IMG/VR virus record: IMGVR_UViG_3300009100_000005
DNA: 47,766 nt
Strand: one strand, 5' to 3'
From: a virus
Position 1 is the first letter of the stretch, and each line of letters begins with the position of its first letter. A program made the translations under genes and the position numbers. The notes below the pieces were generated by a model. The model was not told where the DNA came from, made no database searches, and saw nothing but the letters and a program-made list of their open reading frames with translations. Below are positions 31,799 to 39,248 of the stretch, in pieces.

Positions 31799-32091
31799 TG
31801 AAGATGTTCTTGATGCCAGAATTGGTTTGCGAATGCGGATCGCACTTGTATAGAGAAAGTCGTGGCGAAACTATGTACTTTGCTTGCGTCTCTATGGCTT
31901 GTCCCGATTACGGAGTGTTCAAGATCGTTAAGTCAATCGAGATTCCGCATACCGTATCTCCCACTAGAGCAGATGTGGTATACCAAGACCTTGATCTTGG
32001 CGAACAAGAAGCTCAGAAGCAACGTGAAGAGAATGACAGGTTGCAAAAGGAGCACAGACAAGTAAAAGACTTGCGTATGTTCAGCGGCTAA
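31798..32091 (+). CDS. zinc-ribbon protein
   Basis: CECGSH...CVSMACPDYG; track start GTG 31795 moved to ATG 31798 (TGATG overlap); stop lies in motif 32088. Confidence 0.55.
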   Translation: MKMFLMPELVCECGSHLYRESRGETMYFACVSMACPDYGVFKIVKSIEIPHTVSPTRADVVYQDLDLGEQEAQKQREENDRLQKEHRQVKDLRMFSG

Positions 32092-32102
32092 AGTAACTTT
32101 AT
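32088..32102. repeat. palindrome variant CTAAAGTAACTTTAT
   Basis: Core exact; holds the upstream stop; its last two bases are the AT of terminase ATG 32101. Confidence 0.9.
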
Positions 32103-33984
32103 GGTTCGTAACGAAGTAGTAAAGAAATATCTGCCGAAGTTAATTGCTAGTTTTGCATTATACGCGAAGTTTAACCTTTGGATTACTGACAAGAAGATGC
32201 AACTTGTCAGGCTGGTTCTTAATAGAGCGCAGCGTTACGTAGTTCGGGAAATTCTGCGAAAGATCGCAGCGGGCATACCAGTCCGAATGTACGTGATCAA
32301 AGGTCGGCAGTTAGGCTTTACTACTTTGTTCACGGCCTTTATTTACTGGCTTTGTTCTTTGAATAAAAATAGGCGATTCCTCTTCGTTTCGCACGATATG
32401 GCGTCTGCCCAAAACATATGCGATAGGTTACAGAGCTACTATTACCATTCACATCCGGTATTACAACCGGAATTTAAGAAGATGAACCGAGAAATGGTTC
32501 ACTTTGCTACTCCTATTAAGAGTATCAATAATGGTAAAGAGGTCAGAAAAGACATAGGACTAGACTCCTTTATGATGGTGCGTACTGCCGATAATGAACA
32601 TCTCGGCAAGTCTTACACCTTCCAAGGAGCGCATCTGACCGAGTTTTGCTCGTGGCCTACACTTGGAATTGATGTTCCGAAGCGTATGATTTCGCTCCAA
32701 CAGGCGATTCCGAAGCTCCCGAATACCTTTATTTTCATCGAGAGTACGGCTCAAGGTGAGAATTATGGCAAGGAATTCTGGGATGATCCTGACAATGGGT
32801 ACGATAAGATATTCGTTTCGTGGCTTGCAGACGACGAATATAGAACTAAAGTTACTTTAGTAGATTACTTCGAGCTTTCTGTAAATCCTGAATCCAAGTA
32901 CGGAGATGAGATTTCAGAGCGAGAAAGAATCATATCGCAGCTTCAGTTCTGGTATCCAGAGATGGATTATTATAGCGAAAACTGTGATTTTCCAGATCAA
33001 GAAGGCGAAGATTACGAGGTTTGGCTGCAAAAAGAGTCAATGTGTCGGTTGCTCTGGCGTCGTGGGAAGATTGATACTGAATGTCTTGGCAACAAATGGG
33101 CATTCAAACAAGAGTATCCAACTATTCCCGAAGACGCTTGGGGTATGAAAACTCAATCCATCTTCTCCGCTCAACGATTGATTGAGATGGATGAGTATCG
33201 GAAGAAAGTACAAAAGCCAACACGCTATAGATATAGACACGACCATTCGGTTAGAGATTGTAACTTAAAGTTTCAAGAGCAATCGTATGGACACTTGCAA
33301 ATATTTAAACCACCTGAAAAGGAGAAGGTTTATGTCGCAGGCGCAGACGGGGCACAGGGAGTTAAAGGAGGTGATCACAGTTCGGTGGTGGTACTGGAAC
33401 TCCCCACTTTGGAAGAGGTTGCCACATTTAGCGATGTCATTCAGCCTGCCGAGTTCGCAGGTGTATGTAATTTTCTTGGCGAGTTGTACAACTGGTGCAA
33501 ACTCGGAGTCGAGCGAAACGACAAAGGAGGGTACGCAGCATTAGAGTATCTTCTGAAGAATTATCGGTATCCGAATCTTTACTACTATTTGCATCCATTT
33601 AAAGTTGCAATTAGTGGTGATGTGCAATGGGGTTATATCACTAATGATGACACAAAACAGATTATGGCTAGAGATGCTATGTACGCTGTTGACAATATGG
33701 ATGTTGTTGTTAACTCAGAAGAGTTGCTTTCGCAAATGAAATCCTTCGTGGAACATCCTAAGACGAAAGTGCTTGCGGCTTCTCCAGGTAAACACGATGA
33801 TATTGTTATGGCTTGGATGATTGCCATCCAAATGGCCAAGGACATTAAGATTCGTGCTTCTTCTCCGCCTCCGAAAACTGTCGGACTAACTCACGGTTAT
33901 ATGCGACAGCTAGTAGAGAAAAGAGATGGCAGAAGCAATTATGAGCGAGCCTTGAACAAACAAAGACGTAGGATTTCGTACTAA
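32101..33984 (+). CDS. terminase large subunit
   Basis: Walker-A-like VIKGRQLGFTT, FIESTAQGENYG, nuclease-domain GKHDDIVMAWMIA; 627 aa; directly upstream of the portal region. Confidence 0.88.
   Translation: MVRNEVVKKYLPKLIASFALYAKFNLWITDKKMQLVRLVLNRAQRYVVREILRKIAAGIPVRMYVIKGRQLGFTTLFTAFIYWLCSLNKNRRFLFVSHDMASAQNICDRLQSYYYHSHPVLQPEFKKMNREMVHFATPIKSINNGKEVRKDIGLDSFMMVRTADNEHLGKSYTFQGAHLTEFCSWPTLGIDVPKRMISLQQAIPKLPNTFIFIESTAQGENYGKEFWDDPDNGYDKIFVSWLADDEYRTKVTLVDYFELSVNPESKYGDEISERERIISQLQFWYPEMDYYSENCDFPDQEGEDYEVWLQKESMCRLLWRRGKIDTECLGNKWAFKQEYPTIPEDAWGMKTQSIFSAQRLIEMDEYRKKVQKPTRYRYRHDHSVRDCNLKFQEQSYGHLQIFKPPEKEKVYVAGADGAQGVKGGDHSSVVVLELPTLEEVATFSDVIQPAEFAGVCNFLGELYNWCKLGVERNDKGGYAALEYLLKNYRYPNLYYYLHPFKVAISGDVQWGYITNDDTKQIMARDAMYAVDNMDVVVNSEELLSQMKSFVEHPKTKVLAASPGKHDDIVMAWMIAIQMAKDIKIRASSPPPKTVGLTHGYMRQLVEKRDGRSNYERALNKQRRRISY
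32846..32860. repeat. junction palindrome CTAAAGTTACTTTAG
   Basis: Exact; inside the large terminase gene (RTKVTLVD). Confidence 0.95.
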
Positions 33985-33995
33985 AGTAACTTTAG
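33981..33995. repeat. junction palindrome CTAAAGTAACTTTAG
   Basis: Exact; holds the terminase stop; 11 nt upstream of ATG 34007. Confidence 0.95.
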
Positions 33996-34006
33996 TAGGA
34001 AGTTAG

Positions 34007-34216
34007 ATGGACAATGTATATGAGCCGATGATGCAATTCTTCGAGTATTCGCATTTGCCGATAGATTTGCAAACAGTTAGTTATCAGTTTTATAGCGTGG
34101 CTAATTGGATAGTCAATAGCCTTCCTCGTAATCCAGAAAGAACTGTTGCTTTGAGAAAGCTACTCGAAGCTAAAGATTGTGCAGTTAGGGCAAAGATTTA
34201 TAAAGATAATAACTAA
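34007..34216 (+). CDS. hypothetical protein
   Basis: 69-aa ORF flanked by motifs 33981 and 34213. Confidence 0.6.
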   Translation: MDNVYEPMMQFFEYSHLPIDLQTVSYQFYSVANWIVNSLPRNPERTVALRKLLEAKDCAVRAKIYKDNN

Positions 34217-34227
34217 AGTAACTTTAG
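34213..34227. repeat. junction palindrome CTAAAGTAACTTTAG
   Basis: Exact; holds the stop of 34007-34216; 18 nt upstream of ATG 34246. Confidence 0.95.
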
Positions 34228-34245
34228 TAGGATTTAGGAGAGCAA

Positions 34246-36093
34246 ATGTCACCGTTAGAACAAGAAGCAAAAACAGGAGCAGATGCATACAACCTGTGGG
34301 CCGCTAGGATTCAAACGGCCATCTTCTGGCGTGCGAATCTGTGGAACGGTGACGCTCTCTGGAAGCGAGCATACCGGGATTACAAAGGTATGCAGTGGAA
34401 CGAGATGGTAGATGAAGGCCAGGATAAGGCATCGGATAATCCGGCAGATCAGATTACGATCAATATCCTGGCTTCTCAGATAATGACTCTTGCTCCATTT
34501 CTGGTTAATACAAATCCTGAGTACAAGGGTAAGGCCAGAAAGCCGGATGGTTATGTATCGTCAATGATTCAAGAAGCGGTACTTAACTACGAATGCGATA
34601 GAAAGAAAGTCTTCGATCAATTGCTGAAATCTGTTTACGATGATCTTATCATCGGTCACGGTGTAGCCAAAACGGGATTCACCCGTAAGATTGACGAAGC
34701 GACATTAGCTGCTGCTGGCGATATAGTTTATGAGGATTATATTGCTGATGAGTCAGTCTATGCAAAAAGAGTCAGACCGTTCGATTTTTTCTTTGATCCA
34801 AATGCCTCTGAGCGTAACTTGGAGACGGCAAGGTGGTGTTGTGAACGTTACTACAAATATGCAACAGACGTTGCGGTTAATGATGCTTACAAGTCGTCAG
34901 TTACTCGCAAGTTGCGTAGTGGTGAATACAAGCTCAACACTAAAAACCTTGTCTACCCTGAGTACAGCAGTGATCAGGTGCCAGGATATCCAAGCGGAGC
35001 TACTGAAGAGACATACATCAATCCAGAATCTGAGCTTGCGATTCTGTATGAGATTTGGGATAAGAAGCATAACAAGTATTACGTATTTGCTGATGGCGTG
35101 CCTGAGCCTTTGCTTGAGGCGAGGTCGCCATACGACTACTTGAAGGGAGAATTCCCCTATAAGAAAGTTGATTTTGTTCTGTTGCCTGACGAATGGTATG
35201 GTGTTGGTGTACACTATATGATCCAAGATCAGGCATATGAATTGAACCGACACAGAACGTTTAGCTTCCATCACAGACGCAGATTTTCTGCTAGAAAGTA
35301 TGAAGCTTTAAACTCAATAGAGAATGACGAACTTGAAAAGCTTGCTGGCGGTGAAGATGGGGCATACATAAAAGTTCCTGCAACTGGATCGGTTAAGCCT
35401 ATCGAAGATGTTCCTATGCCACAAGATTATATCTTGGTGGAACAACTGATTAAGGCTGATATCGAAACAATGACTGGCGTGGATCAATTGATTCGTGGTG
35501 GTCAACTTCCAAGCAGAACAACTGCCGGTGAAGTAGGGACAAGAGTTAACGTCTTTACTTCTAAGCTTGCGCACAAGATTAAATCGGTTGACGATTTCTA
35601 TCTTGGAATAGGAATGCAGCTAAATACTCATATTGCTGCCAACTATTCAAGGTCGCAAGTTGTACGTGTTGTCGGTGCCCAAGGTGAGTTCTTTGTTGAA
35701 TACTCTCCACAAGACCTCAAGGATGAAATCATCATTGAGATGGAGACTATCAGCGCGCCTAAGTATGATCCGGCTGTTGATAAGAATCAGCGTATACAGT
35801 TGTTTCAGATCATTGCTCAGATGTGGCAGACAGCTATGCAAGCTGGACAACAGTTACCGATTAACTTTCAAGAGTTGTTTAAATGGGTCATTGAGGCGTT
35901 TGATTATAAGGATATTGGTAGGTTCTTTGCTCCGGCGAATCAACCTATTCAACCTCCACAAGTAATTACGTCTAGTCAGTTGGGACAACAGTTACCACAA
36001 CAACAGACAATGAATTCGCAAGACTTGTTAAGACAAATTTCTGGCCAAGCAACTGCTGCTGGTGGCCAAAACGGAAATCCATCAGGAATTTAG
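34246..36093 (+). CDS. putative portal protein
   Basis: 615-aa ORF downstream of the terminase and upstream of scaffold/capsid; Gln-rich C-terminus; call rests on position and size. Confidence 0.6.
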   Translation: MSPLEQEAKTGADAYNLWAARIQTAIFWRANLWNGDALWKRAYRDYKGMQWNEMVDEGQDKASDNPADQITINILASQIMTLAPFLVNTNPEYKGKARKPDGYVSSMIQEAVLNYECDRKKVFDQLLKSVYDDLIIGHGVAKTGFTRKIDEATLAAAGDIVYEDYIADESVYAKRVRPFDFFFDPNASERNLETARWCCERYYKYATDVAVNDAYKSSVTRKLRSGEYKLNTKNLVYPEYSSDQVPGYPSGATEETYINPESELAILYEIWDKKHNKYYVFADGVPEPLLEARSPYDYLKGEFPYKKVDFVLLPDEWYGVGVHYMIQDQAYELNRHRTFSFHHRRRFSARKYEALNSIENDELEKLAGGEDGAYIKVPATGSVKPIEDVPMPQDYILVEQLIKADIETMTGVDQLIRGGQLPSRTTAGEVGTRVNVFTSKLAHKIKSVDDFYLGIGMQLNTHIAANYSRSQVVRVVGAQGEFFVEYSPQDLKDEIIIEMETISAPKYDPAVDKNQRIQLFQIIAQMWQTAMQAGQQLPINFQELFKWVIEAFDYKDIGRFFAPANQPIQPPQVITSSQLGQQLPQQQTMNSQDLLRQISGQATAAGGQNGNPSGI

Positions 36094-36095
36094 GA

Positions 36096-36110
36096 CTAAA
36101 GTTACTTTAG
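36096..36110. repeat. junction palindrome CTAAAGTTACTTTAG
   Basis: Exact; 13 nt upstream of ATG 36124. Confidence 0.95.
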
Positions 36111-36123
36111 TCGAAAGGGAGAT

Positions 36124-36621
36124 ATGAAAAATCTATTCGCGGTTCTTAGTTTGGTTCTGGCGTTTGGTGTAGTAGCGAACGCTCAACAGTTTCGATTTAA
36201 CGTTTCTGCTCTTAATAAGGAGCAGTATAGACCGGAGGCACTGAATCCGAAAAATATCGTCGAGTACGCGCAAGCCGTTTCTGCCGAGGTTGAAGCAAGG
36301 GCTGTCCAAGCTGGCGAGTTTAGCTTTGCCGGTGTTGGAACTTATCAGCGAGACTTTAGTAACGATCTTAACACTGTTCTGGTCGGAGCAAGATTGAGAT
36401 ATAAGAAAAGTTTCTTCAGTCCGTTTGCAAGTTTTCACGTTGGATACGAGTCGGCGGATGGTCTTGAGAAAGAGTTCTGCCGTGAAATCCAATTCGGCGC
36501 AGACCTTGACTTCGGACGATTCACCGTTCGGCCTTTGGCCTATGGCCAGAAGCGAAAGGGCGCATTGCTATCGCCTGCCGAGAATAGATTCTATTCCGGC
36601 ATTGGTATCAATATTAAATAA
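36124..36621 (+). CDS. secreted outer-membrane beta-barrel protein (OmpX/OmpW-size moron)
   Basis: Signal peptide MKNLFAVLSLVLAFGVVANA/QQ; 165 aa with alternating hydrophobic strands; sits between the portal gene and the tRNA island. Confidence 0.55.
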   Translation: MKNLFAVLSLVLAFGVVANAQQFRFNVSALNKEQYRPEALNPKNIVEYAQAVSAEVEARAVQAGEFSFAGVGTYQRDFSNDLNTVLVGARLRYKKSFFSPFASFHVGYESADGLEKEFCREIQFGADLDFGRFTVRPLAYGQKRKGALLSPAENRFYSGIGINIK

Positions 36622-36626
36622 GTTAT

Positions 36627-36703
36627 GTCGGGTGGTGTATGACGCACGCTCTCCATTCCTGAAAGGAGGGAAGAGTAGGGTTTAAATCCCTGCCCCGATG
36701 CCA
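36627..36703 (+). ncRNA. tRNA-like element with encoded CCA but no canonical D-arm (possible pseudo-tRNA, GAA-type loop)
   Basis: Acceptor GTCGGGT / CCCCGAT (one G-U, one mismatch); T-arm TAGGG-TTTAAAT-CCCTG; 5-nt variable region; loop CTGAAAG; 3' G-CCA at 36700-36703. Confidence 0.25.
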
Positions 36704-36911
36704 AGCTAGCCGTCTTATTCTCCGTCTTCCTGTTCTCGAAAGAGTACCAACGGAGTTGGCGGCTACCATTGGGCCGAACCGCTGTGTTATGTGGCAGCGC
36801 TAGGCGACAGAGGGCATAGGCCACGTAACGTCTATGCCCTCCAGTTCAGGAGCGAATGCTCGTAGGAACTACATTCTATCATTCTGAATGTTTCTACACC
36901 TCTAGTCGCTC
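36704..36911 (+). ncRNA. densely structured non-coding segment (nested helices, GAAA tetraloop)
   Basis: Pairings: TAGCCG 36707-12 / CGGCTA 36760-65; CTCCGT 36720-25 / ACGGAG 36750-55; CTC-GAAA-GAG 36735-44; CGCTG 36780-84 / CAGCG 36795-99; AGGGCATAG 36811-19 / CTATGCCCT 36832-40; GGAGCGA 36849-55 / TCGCTCC 36906-12. Confidence 0.35.
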
Positions 36912-36926
36912 CTAAAGTTACTTTAG
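36912..36926. repeat. junction palindrome CTAAAGTTACTTTAG
   Basis: Exact; ends 1 nt before tRNA-Tyr. Confidence 0.95.
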
Positions 36927-36927
36927 T

Positions 36928-37013
36928 GCCATTGTTGGGAAGTTGGTATCCCGACCCGTCTGTAAAACGGGTGTTCTTGACAGGACGTGAGAGTTCGAGT
37001 CTCTCCAATGGCA
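36928..37013 (+). tRNA. tRNA-Tyr (anticodon GTA), class II with long variable arm
   Basis: Acceptor GCCATTG / CAATGGC; D-arm GGGA-AGTTGGTA-TCCC; anticodon arm CCCGT-CTGTAAA-ACGGG; 17-nt variable arm; T-arm GAGAG-TTCGAGT-CTCTC; discriminator A; no encoded CCA; starts 1 nt after motif 36912-36926. Confidence 0.85.
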
Positions 37014-37037
37014 TAGGGCGAATGCTTTAGGGAGTAC

Positions 37038-37119
37038 ATCCTAAACTTTAGGTCGTTGGTTCGAGTCCAACCCCGTGCCCATTTTATGGTACGGGTAGCT
37101 CAGTTGGCAGAGCGAAAGT
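37038..37119 (+). tRNA. circularly permuted (3' half before 5' half) tRNA-Arg(CCT)-like gene
   Basis: 3' half is 37038-37079: loop ATCCTAA, ACTTT, variable AGGTC, T-arm GTTGG-TTCGAGT-CCAAC, acceptor CCCGTGC. 5' half is 37089-37119: GTACGGG-TA-GCTC-AGTTGGCA-GAGC-G-AAAGT. All four stems form only when the halves are joined in permuted order. Confidence 0.5.
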
Positions 37120-37214
37120 GTTATCTCTCTATTACTCTTGTCGCCCTTAAGTTTGAGACGAATCTCAAATACTTGTCGTCTCAATTAGTTTCTGGCGTAA
37201 ATGCCAGATAAGAG

Positions 37215-37229
37215 CTAAAGTAACTTTGG
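37215..37229. repeat. degenerate copy CTAAAGTAACTTTGG
   Basis: One mismatch; followed by TGCC, as is copy 36912. Confidence 0.6.
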
Positions 37230-37239
37230 TGCCCTCTCG

Positions 37240-37254
37240 CTAAAGTTACTTTAG
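37240..37254. repeat. junction palindrome CTAAAGTTACTTTAG
   Basis: Exact; 23 nt upstream of ATG 37278; enclosed by the CCCTCTC/GAGAGGG stem. Confidence 0.95.
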
Positions 37255-37277
37255 CTTCTGATAGAGAGGGTAATACT

Positions 37278-37802
37278 ATGCCAATGTATGAATTTTATTG
37301 CGAGTGTTGCAAAAATAGATGGGAAGAGTGGTATCCCTGGAAGCATAATGATGGTGTCACCTATACGGATGATCCCACTATGCAGGAGTGCCACGAGGAT
37401 TCTGAGCATAAGGTAGAATTCCTTGATTCTCTTTACTCTCCACGACCAGATGATATGTGGATGGGAGTAATGACAGACGTAGGATACTTTACTGATAAAA
37501 AGAAATGGGATGATGCAAGACATCGTGATAGATTTGGCAATAAGCGTGAGTTGTACGATGTGACTAATAGAGGTGATCGTGAGTACCTTACTAAACACGT
37601 CGAGAGGGAAAAGAAAGAGCAAGAAGAGAAAGATTTTAATCAGATTGAAAAGGTTGTTGCTAAGAATGTTATGGATCACGATTTTAGTCCTGACAATACT
37701 CATATCATTCGAGGTCAGCCTGAAGCCTTTGCCGAAGATGTGGATATTGTCGAAATGAAACAAGACGGTTTTACCGAACAGCAAATCGCTGCTTACAAGT
37801 AA
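37278..37802 (+). CDS. FmdB-type zinc-ribbon protein
   Basis: N-terminal MPMYEFYCECCKNRWE matches the MPxYEYxCxxCG FmdB/CxxC_CxxC_SSSS pattern; its SD GAGAGGG can pair with CCCTCTC 37232-37238. Confidence 0.55.
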   Translation: MPMYEFYCECCKNRWEEWYPWKHNDGVTYTDDPTMQECHEDSEHKVEFLDSLYSPRPDDMWMGVMTDVGYFTDKKKWDDARHRDRFGNKRELYDVTNRGDREYLTKHVEREKKEQEEKDFNQIEKVVAKNVMDHDFSPDNTHIIRGQPEAFAEDVDIVEMKQDGFTEQQIAAYK

Positions 37803-37811
37803 GGAGGCGTT

Positions 37812-38429
37812 ATGGGTGGATATGTCCATTATGATAGAATTGATGTGGGTTATCCAAAACCACAAACAATCATTTCAGATTCATTGAAGAAAGAGTTTAA
37901 TGATATGCCGGAAGATCGCAAGGAAAAAGTTATCAATCTTCTCCAAGCTAAGATTCGTCTGCTTGAGCAGAAGTGGATTGCTGATGTGAATATGTATGAG
38001 ACTCAGCAAGCAGAGGAAGATCGTAAATTCTTTCTCCATTATCGCAAGCCTACTAAACTAGAGCGAGAGGTGTTGATGAATGCCAGTGATAACATCGATG
38101 AGGTACTTCCGTATAAGCCTGTCGAAGATACTATCAAGAGAAACATCTTTGATAGGAGTGCTGCGTTTGACAGTCTGTTTGGTCTGAAAACTGATACAGT
38201 GTGTATGGGTCACGATGATGATCTATACGAATCTTTGGATATGACTCCCGTAGAGCCATTACCGACTAAAGTAACTTTAGTTGAGCAGCTCAACAAAGAA
38301 TTGGATCAGCTGACTATGCTCGTCGAAAGGATGGGTAATGTTTGTATTGTCGTTAATAAGAGAACACATAATATCGTATACAGTAACGAAACTGAAGATA
38401 CGGTAACAATCACATTCGAGAGGAAGTAA
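37812..38429 (+). CDS. hypothetical protein
   Basis: 205-aa ORF with an AAGGAGG SD; internal motif at 38266. Confidence 0.65.
   Translation: MGGYVHYDRIDVGYPKPQTIISDSLKKEFNDMPEDRKEKVINLLQAKIRLLEQKWIADVNMYETQQAEEDRKFFLHYRKPTKLEREVLMNASDNIDEVLPYKPVEDTIKRNIFDRSAAFDSLFGLKTDTVCMGHDDDLYESLDMTPVEPLPTKVTLVEQLNKELDQLTMLVERMGNVCIVVNKRTHNIVYSNETEDTVTITFERK
38266..38280. repeat. junction palindrome CTAAAGTAACTTTAG
   Basis: Exact; inside 37812-38429. Confidence 0.95.
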
Positions 38430-38430
38430 T

Positions 38431-39192
38431 ATGTCAAAGTTCGATGTAGATTCGATCAAGAGTATGACTATGACTGACGATGGCATCCAGTTTGAACTCG
38501 ATGAGTCAGAGGAAGAAGACAAGGATGTAGGAGAAGAGGAAGAGGAACAAGAGTATGAGCTAGCCGACGATGATAGCTCGACAGGCGAAGATGACGAAGA
38601 GGAAGTGGAAGAAAAACCCTCTCGATCAAAGTCTAAATCGGACGACAACATCGAGGCCAGATTCAATCGGATTGAAGGTCTGATTGATAAGATGGCTACT
38701 GCCATCGTTGACGGTAGGGGTAAGGCCAAAGTCACTGAAGAAGAAGAGGAAGATTTAGAGGATTTAGATGATCCGAAGAAACTTCTTTCCACCATCGAAA
38801 AGAGAGTTGCTAAGCTTATTGACAATCGTTTAGCACCACATCAGGACGCTATGCAGGCCGCTACCGTTCGGTCACAGTTCGACGCTGCGGCTGGCAGATA
38901 TGGTCAAACGTTCATTGATGCTGCTCCGCTTGTTGCTAGATTGATGCTTGCGTCAAAAGGTTCGATGTCTGTTGAAGAGGCTTATTCTACGTTGAAAGAA
39001 AACGGGATGGTTAAGTCTACTCCACGAAAGACCAAGCAACAGGTTATCAAGGAGAAGAAGCAAGTTAAGAGTGATGCAGACGATGAGGAAGTGGTTACTA
39101 CTGGTAATCGCGTACCTCTTAGAAAGAAAGGTCGTAGCGTTAAAGAGAGTGCTATGGAAGCTTTAAAGAAATTAAGTCGTGGTGAACTCTAG
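38431..39192 (+). CDS. putative scaffolding protein (highly acidic)
   Basis: 253 aa with long Glu/Asp runs, immediately upstream of the capsid gene; positional inference. Confidence 0.5.
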   Translation: MSKFDVDSIKSMTMTDDGIQFELDESEEEDKDVGEEEEEQEYELADDDSSTGEDDEEEVEEKPSRSKSKSDDNIEARFNRIEGLIDKMATAIVDGRGKAKVTEEEEEDLEDLDDPKKLLSTIEKRVAKLIDNRLAPHQDAMQAATVRSQFDAAAGRYGQTFIDAAPLVARLMLASKGSMSVEEAYSTLKENGMVKSTPRKTKQQVIKEKKQVKSDADDEEVVTTGNRVPLRKKGRSVKESAMEALKKLSRGEL

Positions 39193-39193
39193 G

Positions 39194-39208
39194 CTAAAGT
39201 AACTTTAG
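39194..39208. repeat. junction palindrome CTAAAGTAACTTTAG
   Basis: Exact; 1 nt after the scaffold stop; 40 nt upstream of capsid ATG 39249. Confidence 0.95.
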
Positions 39209-39248
39209 TCCAATATCAACCAAGAGAGGGAGAAAGCAATGTTTAGAA

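Noticed and set aside
36849-36912. Calling the RNA island a group I intron from R/S-like strings (GGAACTACA ... CTAGTCG)
   Set aside because: The resemblance to the conserved P7 core is partial, and I cannot place P3/P4/P6/P7/P8 or a guanosine-binding site by eye. It is left as a hypothesis to test with covariance models.
36591-37014. Track ORFs 36591-36824(-) and 36832-37014(-) as genes
   Set aside because: They are antisense to tRNA-Tyr and the helix-dense RNA island, have no SD, and one contains the motif read as KVTL. They are most likely non-coding.
37038-37119. tRNA halves as a phage attP or a remnant of integration into a host tRNA gene
   Set aside because: An attP normally carries only a 3' tRNA portion that is contiguous with the crossover core. 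Here a 5' half follows the 3' half, the anticodon loop is not contiguous, and I found no integrase or excisionase. A decayed tandem duplication remains possible and is noted in the finding.
38277-38825. The Ser-rich 182-aa ORF on the minus strand and other long antisense ORFs (37251-37865, 41854-42336, 34897-35274, 39243-39650, 961-1356)
   Set aside because: These are mirror images of strongly biased sense genes; for example, GAA/GAG-rich scaffold codons give TTC/CTC runs. They have no SD and lie opposite to the operon direction.
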